From Eledone cirrhosa (Eukaryota): a stretch of DNA of 64,000 bases. The notes beneath the pieces are model-generated. The model saw nothing but the letters and a program-made list of their open reading frames with translations. It did not search any database and had not been told where the DNA came from. Both the position numbers and the translations under genes were made by a program. The DNA is taken from assembly GCA_964016885.1 (NCBI GenBank), contig OZ024751.1:35588001-35652000 (forward strand), written 5' to 3'. Below are positions 1 through 13,560 of this stretch, piece by piece. Numbering within the stretch: position 1 is the first letter of the stretch; each line of letters starts with the position of its first letter.

Positions 1-388
1 TTTAACTAAGAAATAAGTTTAAATATTTGGAAGCCTGACAATGTATGTGAGATTATAAGTGCCAAGGTAATAAGAATTAGAGAAAATAGAATAAAAGAAC
101 TGAGAAAAGAGTGAGAATGGTAAAGTTTTACCTTAGCAATTTTATTAATCCCAAATACTTTCGGATTTACCATCCATTATCATTCCTTTATATATATATA
201 ATATACTTGATAAAACACATTTGTGTGTTGAGGGCACTGTTGTACTGTCTAACTTCATCTTCTCCTTTGAGCCTGATGCCACAAAGTGTATATACAGTCA
301 GGATTTTACATATATCTATACCCACTCTGCATCTCCCCATGAATTGAGTACTCCTATGATTAGTGGTCTCCTCAGTCTCAGCAATGCA

Positions 389-539
<151 letters not shown>

Positions 540-939
540 GCTATTTTCTTTTATTTAATATAAATATATAAATATGTTTAAAATTTCTCAAAATGTCTTT
601 TGATTCTATAAATTCCATTGTATTAGACAATCCATACAACTGGTGCCTTGTTTAGTTCAAAAATTCAGTTTGAATCTTATTTCTAAAGAATTTCTCATAT
701 ATTGAAACAAAATGCTTCTTGGGAAATTATAAAACGTGGAAAAAATTTGAGAACTTTTGTATTCTTTTAGTAACTTCTGTCCTAATCTAGTGAATCATAA
801 ATACATGGGGATATATTGTGCAATGAGATTTTAAATATGAATATATACAACAGGATTGTGTGGGAGACATTTTGAATATCTTCTTGTTAGATATAGAAGG
901 TGGAGTGGAAAGAAACTCCATATTGAAAATTACTTGTAA

Positions 940-1170
940 TGTTTGGCCTACTGTGATCACTTGGGACAACGCCAATGACCTGATATTCTTGCAAGATGCG
1001 GCCCCTCCCCCTCATATTACATGGACTGTCTGTGAGTGGCTTGACGTCCATATTTCCAGGATGCTGGCTGGGTCATCACGATCCACATGATTGACCAGCA
1101 AGAAGCCCTGACTTAATGCCAAGTGAATTATTTTTTTCCTGTTTGAGTGGGTGAATGAAGAAGTCATTTC
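940..1170 (+). mobile_element. Decayed Tc1/mariner-superfamily transposase fragment
   Basis: Frameshifted translation FLQDAAPPH...EWLD...PARSPDL matches the DDD/E motifs QDGAPPH and WPxRSPDL. Confidence 0.7.
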
Positions 1171-1328
1171 CATAAATAATAAAGATGCCTACACTCTATC
1201 AACGTATTAAGTACATTTATTAACTGTGACTACTAACACCCCTCCCTCCCCCCACCCGACCACCACCATTCAGGAACCTATATCTATCTATCTCTCTCTA
1301 TATATATATACATGTACATATATATATT

Positions 1329-1575
1329 TAATTAGAAATTAAACAACACAATATATAACTACTCCATTACCAAAGGTTTCAGGACTCCAGACAATATTAA
1401 CATACGTCTAGTTCGTTCCTCTGATGAGTGAACTAGGCGTATGTTAATATTGTCTGGGGTCCTGAAACCTTTGGTAATGGAGTAGTTATATATTGTCTTG
1501 TTTAATTTCTAATTAGATAGCTCTGTTCTATACATAGAGCACTCTTTTTTCCTTTGCTTTTTCTTCGGAAATACT

Positions 1576-1580
<5 letters not shown>
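1329..1580 (+). mobile_element. Short hammerhead-bearing element (P1) with ~85-bp inverted 5' arm; Penelope-like pLTR remnant
   Basis: 1329-1414 is the reverse complement of about 1431-1515. Flanked by (TA)n and (CA)n. The 3' part is homologous to 31355-31531 (-). Confidence 0.65.
1415..1483 (+). ncRNA. Type I hammerhead ribozyme candidate (family P1)
   Basis: CTGATGA 1421-1427; stem II CTAGGC/GTCTGG; GAAA 1464-1467; stem III ACC-ttt-GGT; predicted GUA cut after 1476; imperfect stem I GTTCCT/ATGGAGT. Confidence 0.65.
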
Positions 1581-1636
<56 letters not shown>

Positions 1637-1770
1637 TCTATATATATAGTCATGTCAGTGTGTGTGTCTAGCTGTTATCCTGTCCCACTCAGTCTAGACT
1701 TCACTCACCATTAGATGTAAAGGCCAACCAAATGTTAAAACATTAAAATTATCTCTTGCTTTTCTGGAGC

Positions 1771-1815
<45 letters not shown>

Positions 1816-3241
1816 CTCAAAAGAAAGACATTCAAATCTGTTCCATTTTGGAACATAATAAAATCAGATTATTTGATTCTGTATTGACATTACCATCATC
1901 ATCATCGTTGTTGTCATTGTCAGCGTAGTCATTATTGATGTTGTCATCACCGCTGTCTCTATCTTGGCATTGTTATCGTCATCATAATCATTGTCACCAT
2001 TACCATCGCCACCACCACCACCACCACCACCATCGCCACCACCATCGCCACCACCACCACTACCACCAGCACCATCACAACCACCACCACCTTGGTAAGA
2101 TTTAAATTCAGAATGTAAAGAGCATGATCAATCACTGCCAAGTATTTCTGATGCTCTACCGATTCTGCCCAAACACTACCATTTTCATCATAATAAAGAT
2201 CTTTAATTTAGGCACAAGGCCAGCAATTTAGAGAGAGGAGGAAAGCTGATTAAATTAACCCCCAATACATTGCTGGTACTTTATTTTATCAACCCACTGA
2301 ACGATGAAACGTGAAGCTGCCCCTTTCATCATCATCATTATCATCATTTAAGGTCTACTTTCCCTGCTAACAAGGGTTGAACAGGTCTCCATAGACCAAG
2401 TAAGTACTGCAGTGAGGCTATTGCCCTCCCAGGCAGACCAAGGGGTCTGTATCCTGCTTACATATGGTCATATTGAGAGCAGAGGAGACGTTATCATGTC
2501 CTTAACACAACTGAAGGGTCCTCATAACCCTTTATTTAGTAAGCTTTCTATGGCTGGATACCCTTCTTAAAACCAACCACTTTACAGTGTGTACTGGGTA
2601 CTTTTATCATGTAGATCACCAGCACTAGGGAGGTTGTCATGTCCTTAACACAACTGAAGGGTCCTCATAACCCTTAATTTAGTAAGCTTTCTATGGCTGG
2701 ATACCCTTCTTAAAACCAACCACTTTACAGTGTGTACTGTGTGCTTTTATTGTGTAATAAGATTAATAATTATCATTACTATCATCATCATCATCATCAG
2801 TGTAGTTAAGATCATCATCATCATCATCATCATCATTATTATTGGAATCATTGATGTCATTTCCACCTTATTCAAGGTAAAGAAATGAAATAAATGTAAC
2901 ATCTTTGACAGGTGTGGTTGTAAAGAATGTAGCACACTCCTTGTTGAATTGTAAAACATTTATGAACTGGCTGTGACTATTTCATGTTCACTCAATCAAA
3001 AATAGGTGTATATTCATATAATAGATGTGTTTATATATATATATATATGTATATGTGTGTGTGTGTATATATATGTATATGTGTGTGACCCATGCTAGCG
3101 TGGAAGATGGACGTTAAACGATGATGATGATGATATATATATTTATTAAAATAACAGATTAACTCTGGGTTCTTATATATTTGATATATATTTATCCTTA
3201 TCGAACTCTCTTTGGATTTTAGTCTTCACATTTATTATTAT

Positions 3242-3277
<36 letters not shown>

Positions 3278-3471
3278 CGAAGGAAATGTGGTAAGGAACC
3301 AGGTGGACCATAACGCACCAAAGTACTCAATACTTGAGGTAGTAGAGTGGGTAATAGGAACCAGTAAGACCCCGACAGCTGAGCTCAAGCCGTTTCGACG
3401 GCTAATTCTGGACTAATTCCAGAATTAGCCGTCGAAACGGCTTGAGCTCAGCTGTCGGGGTCTTACTGGTT

Positions 3472-3476
<5 letters not shown>
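3278..3476 (-). mobile_element. Family P2 element with perfect fold-back; other copies at 10400-10590, 10635-10760, 16020-16078, 29927-30100 and 43517-43682
   Basis: Recurring GAAACGGC...GC(C/T)GTC-GGGGT hammerhead 3' half plus shared body, all in (TA)n tracts. Confidence 0.7.
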
Positions 3477-3515
<39 letters not shown>

Positions 3516-3814
3516 AGAGATATAATCCCAACCTTAGTGGCAAGCCGAAACTGGTTGGCGCCGTGGTTTAGATTTTACATATCTCTATATCTATTCTGCA
3601 TCTCCCCATGCATTGAGTAAGTACTCCCATAATTAATGGTATCTTTGTCTCAGCACTGCAAACTCTCTCTAATATATATATATATATATATATATATTAA
3701 CAAATGGAAACTATATTTATTTTATTATACATATTTCAAGTGCTTTATATCAGTTATAAAAAATGTTTAAGCTTGTTGAATCCCAACAAATTAAATATAA
3801 CCTCTGCATATATA

Positions 3815-3872
<58 letters not shown>

Positions 3873-4349
3873 TATATATATATATATATAACATCATCAT
3901 CATAATCTTGATCATTTTATGCTCCACAGTCACATTGGTTGGAGGTGTTGTCATGGCCTGAGACCAGATGAGTTGTAGCAACTAGTCTAACTTATTGAAT
4001 TCCATGCTTTCTATGGCTGGATACCCTTCTTAACACCAACCTAACAGAGTGTACTGGGTGTATTCTTTAGTGACACCATCACTACCACTTTACAGAGTGT
4101 ACTGGGTGTATTCCTCATCATATCTCTACATGTCTTTTCCATGACATCTAACAGGATACATTTTATCACAGTACCAACAATAACACTATACAGAGTGTAT
4201 TGGGTGTATTTTATCATGACACCTGCGCTACTACTTTACAGAGTGTACTGGGTGTATTTTATTGTGTTGTCAGCACTAACTGTATTTTGTTTTTTTAAAT
4301 TTCATACATAATATATTTAGGATTACATTTACTATGGTCTGGTTTAAAA

Positions 4350-7300
4350 AATAGTAGGGTGTGATATAAGGTATAGTAGGGTGTGATATAAGGTATAGTA
4401 AGGTGTGATATAAGATATAGTAAGGTGTGATATAAGATATAGTAGGGTGTGATATAAGGTATAGTAAGGTGTGATATAAGGTATAGTAAGGTGTGATATA
4501 AGATATAGTAAGGTATGATATAAGATATAGTAAGGTGTGATATAAGATATAGTAGGGTGTGATATAAGGTATAGTAAGGTGTGATATAAGGTATAGTAGG
4601 GTGTGATATAAGGTATAGTAAGGTGTGATATAAGATATAGTAGGGTGTGATATAAGGTATAGTAAGGTGTGATATAAGGTATAGTAGGGTGTGATATAAG
4701 GTATAGTAAGGTGTGATATAAGATATAGTAGGGTGTGATATAAGATATAGTAGGGTGTGATATAAGATATAGTAAGGTGTGATATAAGATATAGTAGGGT
4801 GTGATATAAGGTATAGTAAGGTGTGATATAAGGTATAGTAGGGTGTGATATAAGGTATAGTAAGGTGTGATATAAGATATAGTAAGGTGTGATATAAGAT
4901 ATAGTAAGGTGTGATATAAGATATAGTAAGGTGTGATATAAGGTATAGTAAGGTGTGATATAAGATATAGTAAGGTGTGATATAAGATATAGTAAGGTGT
5001 GATATAAGATATAGTAAGGTATGATATAAGGTATAGTAAGGTGTGATATAAGGTATAGTAAGGTGTGATATAAGATATAGTAAGGTATGATATAAGGTAT
5101 AGCAAGGTATGATATAAGGTATAGTAAGGTGTGATATAAGATATAGTAAGGTGTGATATAAGATATAGTAAGGTGTGATATAAGATATAGTAAGGTAAGG
5201 TGTGATATAAGATATAGTAAGGTGTGATATAAGGTATAGTAAGGTGTGATATAAGATATAGTAAGGTGTGATATAAAATATAGTAAGGTATGATATAAGA
5301 TATAGTAAGGTGTGATATAAGGTATAGTAAGGTGTGATATAAGGTATAGTAAGGTGTGATATAAGGTATAGTAAGGTGTGATATAAGATATAGTAAGGTG
5401 TGATATAAGATATAGTAAGGTGTGATATAAGATATAGTAAGGTGTGATATAAGGTATAGTAAGGTGTGATATAAGGTATAGTAAGGTATGATATAAGGTA
5501 TAGTAAGGTGTGATATAAGGTATAGTAGGGTGTGATATAAGGTATAGTAAGGTGTGATATAAGGTATAGTAAGGTGTGATATAAGATATAGTAAGGTATG
5601 ATATAAGGTATAGTAAGGTGTGATGTAAGGTATAGTAAGGTGTGATATAAGGTATAGTAGGGTGTGATATAAGGTATAGTAAGGTGTGATATAAGGTATA
5701 GTAAGGTGTGATATAAGATATAGTAAGGTATGATATAAGGTATAGTAAGGTGTGATGTAAGGTATAGTAAGGTATGATATAAGGTATAGTAAGGTGTGAT
5801 ATAAGATATAGTAAGGTGTGATATAAGATATAGTAAGGTGTGATATAAGATATAGTAAGGTGTGATATAAGGTATAGTAGGGTGTGATATAAGGTATAGT
5901 AAGGTGTGATATAAGGTATAGTAAGGTGTGATATAAGGTATAGTAAGGTGTGATATAAGGTATAGTAAGGTGTGATATAAGATATAGTAAGGTGTGATAT
6001 AAGATATAGTAAGGTGTGATGTAAGGTATAGTAAGGTATGATATAAGGTATAGTAAGGTGTGATATAAGATATAGTAAGGTGTGATATAAGGTATAGTAA
6101 GGTATGATATAAGGTATAGTAAGGTGTGATATAAGATATAGTAAGGTGTGATGTAAGGTATAGTAAGGTATGATATAAGGTATAGTAAGGTGTGATATAA
6201 GATATAGTAAGGTGTGATATAAGGTATAGTAGGGTGTGATATAAGGTATAGTAAGGTGTGATATAAGATATAGTAAGGTGTGATATAAGATATAGTAAGG
6301 TGTGATATAAGGTATAGTAAGGTGTGATATAAGGTATAGTAAGGTGTGATATAAGGTATAGTAAGGTGTGATATAAGGTATAGTAAGGTGTGATATAAGG
6401 TATAGTAAGGTGTGATATAAGGTATAGTAGGGTGTGATATAAGGTATAGTAAGGTGTGATGTAAGGTATAGTAGGGTGAGATATAAGATATAGTAAGGTG
6501 TGATATAAGGTATAGTAGGGTGTGATATAAGGTATAGTAAGGTGTGATATAAGGTATAGTAAGGTGTGATATAAGATATAGTAAGGTGTGATATAAGATA
6601 TAGTAAGGTATGATATAAGGTATAGTAAGGTGTGATATAAGGTATAGTAGGGTGTGATATAAGGTATAGTAAGGTGTGATATAAGATATAGTAAGGTATG
6701 ATATAAGGTATAGTAAGGTGTGATGTAAGGTATAGTGAGGTGTGATACAAGGTATAGTAAGGTATAGTAAGGTGTGATATAAGGTATAGTAAGGTATGAT
6801 ATAAGGTATAGTAAGGTGTGATATAAGGTATAGTAAGGTGTGATATAAGATATAGTAAGGTGTGATATAAGATATAGTAAGGTATGATATAAGGTATAGT
6901 AGGGTGAGATATAAGATATAGTAGGGTGTGATATAAGGTATAGTAAGGTGTGATATAAGGTATAGTAAGGTGTGATGTAAGGTATAGTAGGGTGAGATAT
7001 AAGATATAGTAAGGTGTGATATAAGGTATAGTAGGGTGTGATATAAGGTATAGTAAGGTGTGATATAAGGTATAGTAGGGTGTGATATAAGGTATAGTAA
7101 GGTGTGATATAAGATATAGTAAGGTGTGATATAAGGTATAGTAGGGTGTGATATAAGGTATAGTAAGGTATGATATAAGGTATAGTAAGGTGTGATGTAA
7201 GGTATAGTAAGGTGTGATATAAGGTATAGTAGGGTGTGATATAAGGTATAGTAAGGTGTGATGTAAGGTATAGTAGGGTGAGATATAAGATATAGTAAGG

Positions 7301-8190
7301 TGTGATATAAGGTATAGTAGGGTGTGATATAAGGTATAGTAAGGTGTGATATAAGGTATAGTGAGGTGTGATACAAGGTATAGTAAGGTATAGTAAGGTG
7401 TGATATAAGGTATAGTAAGGTATGATATAAGGTATAGTAAGGTATGATATAAGGTATAGTAAGGTGTGATGTAAGGTATAGTAAGGTATGATATAAGGTA
7501 TAGTAAGGTGTGATATAAGGTATAGTAAGGTGTGATATAAGATATAGTAAGGTGTGATATAAGGTATAGTAGGGTGTGATGTAAGGTATAGTAGGGTGAG
7601 ATATAAGATATAGTAAGGTGTGATATAAGGTATAGTAGGGTGTGATATAAGGTATAGTAAGGTGTGATATAAGGTATAGTAGGGTGTGATATAAGGTATA
7701 GTAAGGTGTGATATAAGATATAGTAAGGTGTGATATAAGGTATAGTAGGGTGTGATATAAGGTATAGTAAGGTATGATATAAGGTATAGTAAGGTGTGAT
7801 GTAAGGTATAGTAAGGTGTGATATAAGGTATAGTAGGGTGTGATATAAGGTATAGTAAGGTGTGATGTAAGGTATAGTAGGGTGAGATATAAGATATAGT
7901 AAGGTGTGATATAAGGTATAGTAGGGTGTGATATAAGGTATAGTAAGGTGTGATATAAGGTATAGTGAGGTGTGATACAAGGTATAGTAAGGTATAGTAA
8001 GGTGTGATATAAGGTATAGTAAGGTATGATATAAGGTATAGTAAGGTATGATATAAGGTATAGTAAGGTGTGATGTAAGGTATAGTAAGGTATGATATAA
8101 GGTATAGTAAGGTGTGATATAAGGTATAGTAAGGTGTGATATAAGATATAGTAAGGTGTGATATAAGGTATAGTAGGGTGTGATATAAGA
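4350..8190. repeat. 22-bp tandem satellite (TAAGGTGTGATATAAGGTATAG), about 175 copies
   Basis: Directly visible. The 1234-aa and 1010-aa ORFs are its translations. Confidence 0.97.
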
Positions 8191-8489
8191 GAGATTTGAC
8201 TGCTATTTCTAGCAGATTATGTGACCTTCTTGATATATCCTTGGCTCAGGTGTTGTTAGTTACCGATGTTACAGTTGTTGTTGCTAGATCTTTGGCTCAG
8301 GTGCTGTTGTGAGTTATTAATGGTAGTGTTGTTGTTGTTGATGTTGTCCTACTCCCACCCTATAACAACATGTCACTATATAGGCCACTAGGTTAGACTG
8401 ACTGGACTGTGAATATATCTCCAATATATTTCATTGTCACTGAAAAATCATTCAATGTTTTCATGGTTAGATCTTTCATGACTCAGCAT

Positions 8490-8560
<71 letters not shown>

Positions 8561-8663
8561 TATATATATATACACACGCATATATATATATATATATATA
8601 TACATACACACACACACACACACATATATATTTATATACATATAGATACACACACACACACAT

Positions 8664-9030
8664 ATCATCATCACCGTTTTACGTCCGTTCATCCACGCTA
8701 GCATGGGTTAGACGGGTTGTCCTGTTGTGGGCAGTGTCTGGTCGGCTGACCATGCCTTGCTCATACAGGAACTGATTATGGCTTGATTTCTACAGCTGGA
8801 TGCCCTTCCTAACACCAACCTCATTTACCCTGAGTGTTGGGTGCTTTTTTGCAGTGGCACCTCCACATCCACTTTACAGTGTGGGCTGGGTGCTTTTTTG
8901 CCGTGGCACCTCCACGACCACCTTGCAGTGGGAGGGTGTCGGGGCATATTGTCTATATGCTTCAGCTTGTACCCATGGGAGGTCGGGTACTTTGTATTAC
9001 TGCGTGACGCCAGAGGTCACGCAGTAATAC
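8664..9030 (-). mobile_element. RTE-tail/SINE composite repeat, inverted copy of 10003-10365
   Basis: Reverse-complement match over about 360 bp, with a (CAT)n tail at 8664. Confidence 0.75.
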
Positions 9031-9039
9031 AGAGTACAT

Positions 9040-9184
<145 letters not shown>

Positions 9185-9235
9185 CACACACACATATATA
9201 TATATAATTGCAAACTTGACTGTCACCACAGAATA

Positions 9236-9274
9236 TGAACCTGAAGATTGCGAAAGCATGAAAGTACTTGTTCA
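9236..9274 (+). ncRNA. Minimal type I hammerhead ribozyme (family P5)
   Basis: TGAAC-CTGAAGA-t-TGC-gaaa-GCA-t-GAA-AGTACT-T-GTTCA: 5-bp stem I, tetraloop stem II, palindromic stem III. Confidence 0.75.
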
Positions 9275-9426
9275 ATTAACACTTAACATTTAATATTCTA
9301 CCATACTATTTCATTCTAATACCATTATACATTTTAAAGGATTGTAAATAAAATGAGTAAATCAGACAAAGTTGGAATTCCTTTTATTAATATAATCATC
9401 TATACACAATCATACACACCCGTGTA

Positions 9427-9492
<66 letters not shown>

Positions 9493-9702
9493 TACATATA
9501 TATACATATATATACACACACACACATATATATATACACACATATATAAACAGACACATATATATGCACACACACACACATATATATATCATCATCATCA
9601 TCGTTTAACGTCTATCTTCCACTCTAGCATGTGTTAGACTGTTTATTGACACATATATATGTACACATACACACACATATATAGGTATATACATATATAG
9701 GT

Positions 9703-10365
9703 ATTAGAGAGAAACGAAGCCTGCATGCTCCGATGGATGTGTAACAGTAATATACGTGAACGACAAAGCATAAATGAATTGAGAGAGAGACTGAGCATAA
9801 GAGGAATCAAATGCTGCGTGCAGGAGAGGCGGTTACGCTGGTATGGACATGTGATGCGTATGAAGGATGACAGCTGCATAAAAAGGTGCAGAGCACTAGA
9901 AGTTGATGGAAACCGCGGAGTGGGGAGACCCAAGATGACTTGGGATGAGGTGATAAAAGCCGACCTTACCCAACTACACCTCTCAAAGTCAATGACACAC
10001 GACCGTGACTTCTGGCGTCACGCAGTAATACAGGGTACCCGACCTCCCATGGGTACATGCTGAAGCATATAAACAATATGCCCCCCCCCCCACCGCAAGG
10101 TGGTCGTGGAGGTGCCACGGCAAAAAAGCACCCAGCCCACACTGTAAAGTGGACGTGTAGGCGCCACGAAAAAGCACCCAGCACTCACTGTAAATGAGGT
10201 TGGTGTTAGGAAGGGCATCCAGCTGTAGAAATCAAGCCAGATCAGTTCCTGTATGAGCAAGGCATGGTCAGCCGACCAGACACTGCCCACAACAGGACAA
10301 CCCGTCTAACCCATGCTAGCGTGGAAGAACGGACGTAAAACGGTGATGATGATGATGATGATGAG
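9703..10365 (+). mobile_element. 5'-truncated RTE-clade LINE 3' end fused to a SINE-like body with (GAT)n tail
   Basis: ORF MLRWMC...RRLRWYGHVMRM...GRPKMTWDEVIKADL is the typical RTE C-terminus. Confidence 0.85.
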
Positions 10366-11229
10366 GTATATTCATTTGTATGCATATTATATATACATAT
10401 CTGAAAAGATTCAGGACCCCCCACGGCTGAGCTTCAGCCATTTCGCCAGCTAGATCCGGATCTAGCTGGCGAAATGGCCAGAGCTCAGCCATCGGGGTCC
10501 TGAATCTTTTCATATTACCCACTCTACTATCCCAAGTATCGAGTACTCTCGTGAGTTATGGTCCACCTGGTATTTTATCACACCCTATCTGATATATATA
10601 TGTGTATGTGTGTGTATATATATATATATATATAATGAAGGAAGTGAGGTAAGGAACCAGGTGGATCATAACGCACCAGAGTACTCAAGAGTGGGTAATA
10701 GAAAAATGTTTAACCCCGACGGCAGAGCTCAAGCCGTTTTAACGGCTATTTCTGGACTAAATATATATTATTATGATAGAAACTAAACATAAAATTGAAG
10801 AAAATGTTGGAAGATTTAAATCTAAATATGGACCCTTTAAAAGTATTTTCTATTGCATAAAACCAGGGTCAGTTTTGGGTAGATTGGTATAAAAAAAAGG
10901 TTTAAAATGTGACCTTATGATGACCTAGTGGACAGATTTGTTTTCCTGTTCCATTATATACCCCCCCCCCCAATAGAAATAAACCCCCCAAAAAATAAAG
11001 AGGAAATAAAGAAATATAGTGTTGGACATCTAAATTGGATTGAAATAGTAGCAGACATAAGAAACCAATTCCATTAGCTTTAATGGTAATAAATACAATG
11101 TCTTAGATTTCCATCAGCTTTTAAGAAACACTGCATTGTTGTTGTTGTTGTTGTTGTCGTTGTCGGCGGCGGTGGCGGCGTCATCCTCATCGTTTGATAT
11201 CCATTTTCCACGCTAGCATGGGTAGGGCT

Positions 11230-11665
11230 TTGGTGGTGGTGGTGGCAGAGGTGGTGGTGGTGATAGCGGTGGTGACAAAGGTGGTGCCAGTGGTGGTGGT
11301 GGCAGTGGTGGTGGTGGTGGCAGTGGTGGTGGTGGTGATAGCGGTGGTGGTGGTGGTGGTGCCAGTGGTGGTGGTGGTGGCAGTGGTGGTGGTGGTGATA
11401 GCGGTGGTGACAAAGGTGGTGCCAGTGGTGGTGGTGGCAGTGGTGGTGGTGGTGGCAGTGGTGGTGGTGGTGATAGCGGTGGTGCCAGTGGTGGTGGTGG
11501 TGGCAGTGGTGGTGGTGGTGCCAGTGATAGCGGTGGTGATAGCGGTGGTGCCAGTGGTGGTGGTGGTGGTGCCAGTGGTGGTGGTGGTGATAGCGGTGGT
11601 GCCAGTGGTGGTGGTGGTGATAGCGGTGGTGGTGGTGGTGCCAGTGGTGGTGGCAGAGGTGGTTA
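11230..11665. repeat. (GGT)n-based compound repeat
   Basis: Directly visible. Confidence 0.9.
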
Positions 11666-11812
11666 AAAAGTCCAAGCTTAAATGCAAAATACTGTCTGAT
11701 GAGGCCAAGCCAGCTTAAGTTACAATTATGTAACAACAAACCGGTAGCATTCCGGAAATGTACATAAAAATAAATTTGATTATGTAATAACACAAACCTG
11801 TTTTAAGGTTTA

Positions 11813-11857
<45 letters not shown>

Positions 11858-12329
11858 TCATTTGTTGTGCTCCTACTTTTTGGCAGTAGTATATATACTG
11901 GTTGAATGCCCTTCCTAACACCAGTACCCCTTTACAGCATGGACTGGCTGCTTTTATTTGTGCCACCAGCACTAGAGAGGTTGTCTTACTAGACTCGGGG
12001 CCCCTCGCTACCTCTGTGTGTGTATATATAGGAAGGGCATCCAGCTGTTGAAAATCAGCCAGAAACATTCCTATATGAGACACGGTCATCCAACCTAACT
12101 TGCCTCTAAATGAGACAAACCCATCTAACCCATGCTAGGTGGAAGATAGACGTTGATGATGATGATGGTGATATATATAATATGTAGAATTGTATTCAGT
12201 TGTGAAAGAGTGACAACAATGAGAGAGAAATGGAACCAACTTGGAGGTTATAGAAGTTTGTTGTATTGTTGTGATAGGGTTAGACTAAAGGGGGGACAGG
12301 AAATTAAAGATCTGGTTTGTATAGAAACA

Positions 12330-12870
12330 CATATACATACTTGTACACACATATACACACACGTACACACTTATACATACATATACACACTTGTACACAC
12401 TTATACATACATATACATACTTGTACACATTTATACATACATATACATACTTGTACACACACATACATACTTGTACACACTTATACATGCATATACACAC
12501 TTGTACACACATATACATACTTGTACACACTTATACCTACATATACACACTTGTACACGCTTATACATACATATACATACTTGTACACATTTATACATAC
12601 TTGTACACACTTATACATATATATACACACTTATACACACACATACACACTTATACATACATATACGTACTTGTACACACTTATACCTACATATACATAC
12701 TTGTACACACATATACATACATATACATACTTGTACACATTTATACATACTTGTACAGACATATACATACTTATACACACTTATACATACTTATACACAC
12801 TTATACATACATATACATACTTGTACACATTTATACATACATATACATACTTGTACACACTTACACACAC
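12330..12870. repeat. 10-bp-module minisatellite (TTGTACACAC/ATATACATAC)
   Basis: Directly visible 10-bp register. Confidence 0.9.
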
Positions 12871-12926
<56 letters not shown>

Positions 12927-13319
12927 TAACGTCAAGTTACGGTAGGTTCACCAGAGTGAGTTCGGGTTGTGTTCTGAGGAATCAAGTTAGGTCACATGAC
13001 TATATCTCGCCCATACATTCCATTTTAAACAGTTTCCACGGCTGGATGCTCTACACACACGAACGAACACATGTGCACTCATACACGCACTCTTTAGAAT
13101 ATGGGTTTAAAACACCGTAACATTTAAAGAGTTCAAACATTAACTGAATGAGCAATCAATACCTGAGGCCAGAGTGTAGAAATATATTTTCTAAGTAGAA
13201 AAGTGGTTGTGACTTCGAAGTTTCAGATTCCTGTGTACATAAGTGTGTGTGAGAGTGTAAAATGTTGCTGTTGATATACTCTTGGGTCCCAAATAATAAG
13301 GGGTGGACGATTGTTCAAG

Positions 13320-13560
13320 ACCTGAGAGTATACAGCAACAACCCTGAGCACCTTTTAGAATTCTATGTGTCTAACACCCATAGACATGCTTACAAAGTCA
13401 GAAAATAGTACAACTCCCATGACTTTCGGAAATATTCGTTTACACTCAGTTACTGAAGCATGGAACTCCCTGCATTAGTTGTTAGCTGTCGACACTGCAT
13501 CCTTTAAAACTTCCATGCTTCCTGAAATTCGCCAACACTACACCTGATATTCCCCCTCCA
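13320..13560 (+). mobile_element. CR1/L2-type LINE 3' remnant
   Basis: Degenerate translation NTHRHAYKVRK...FRKYSFTL...AWNSL resembles the CR1 tail TRGHxxKL...RxxFFxxRVxxxWNxLP. Confidence 0.6.

Noticed and set aside
4276-7980. 1234-aa and 1010-aa Tyr/His/Ile ORFs
   Set aside because: Translations of the 22-bp satellite, open in several frames because of base composition.
4350-8190. Telomeric repeat
   Set aside because: TAAGG and TAGGG words occur, but there is no tandem TTAGGG or TTAGG.
11697-11770. CTGATGA-GGC-caa-GCC hammerhead-like start
   Set aside because: GAAA does not follow stem II and no stem I partner was found.
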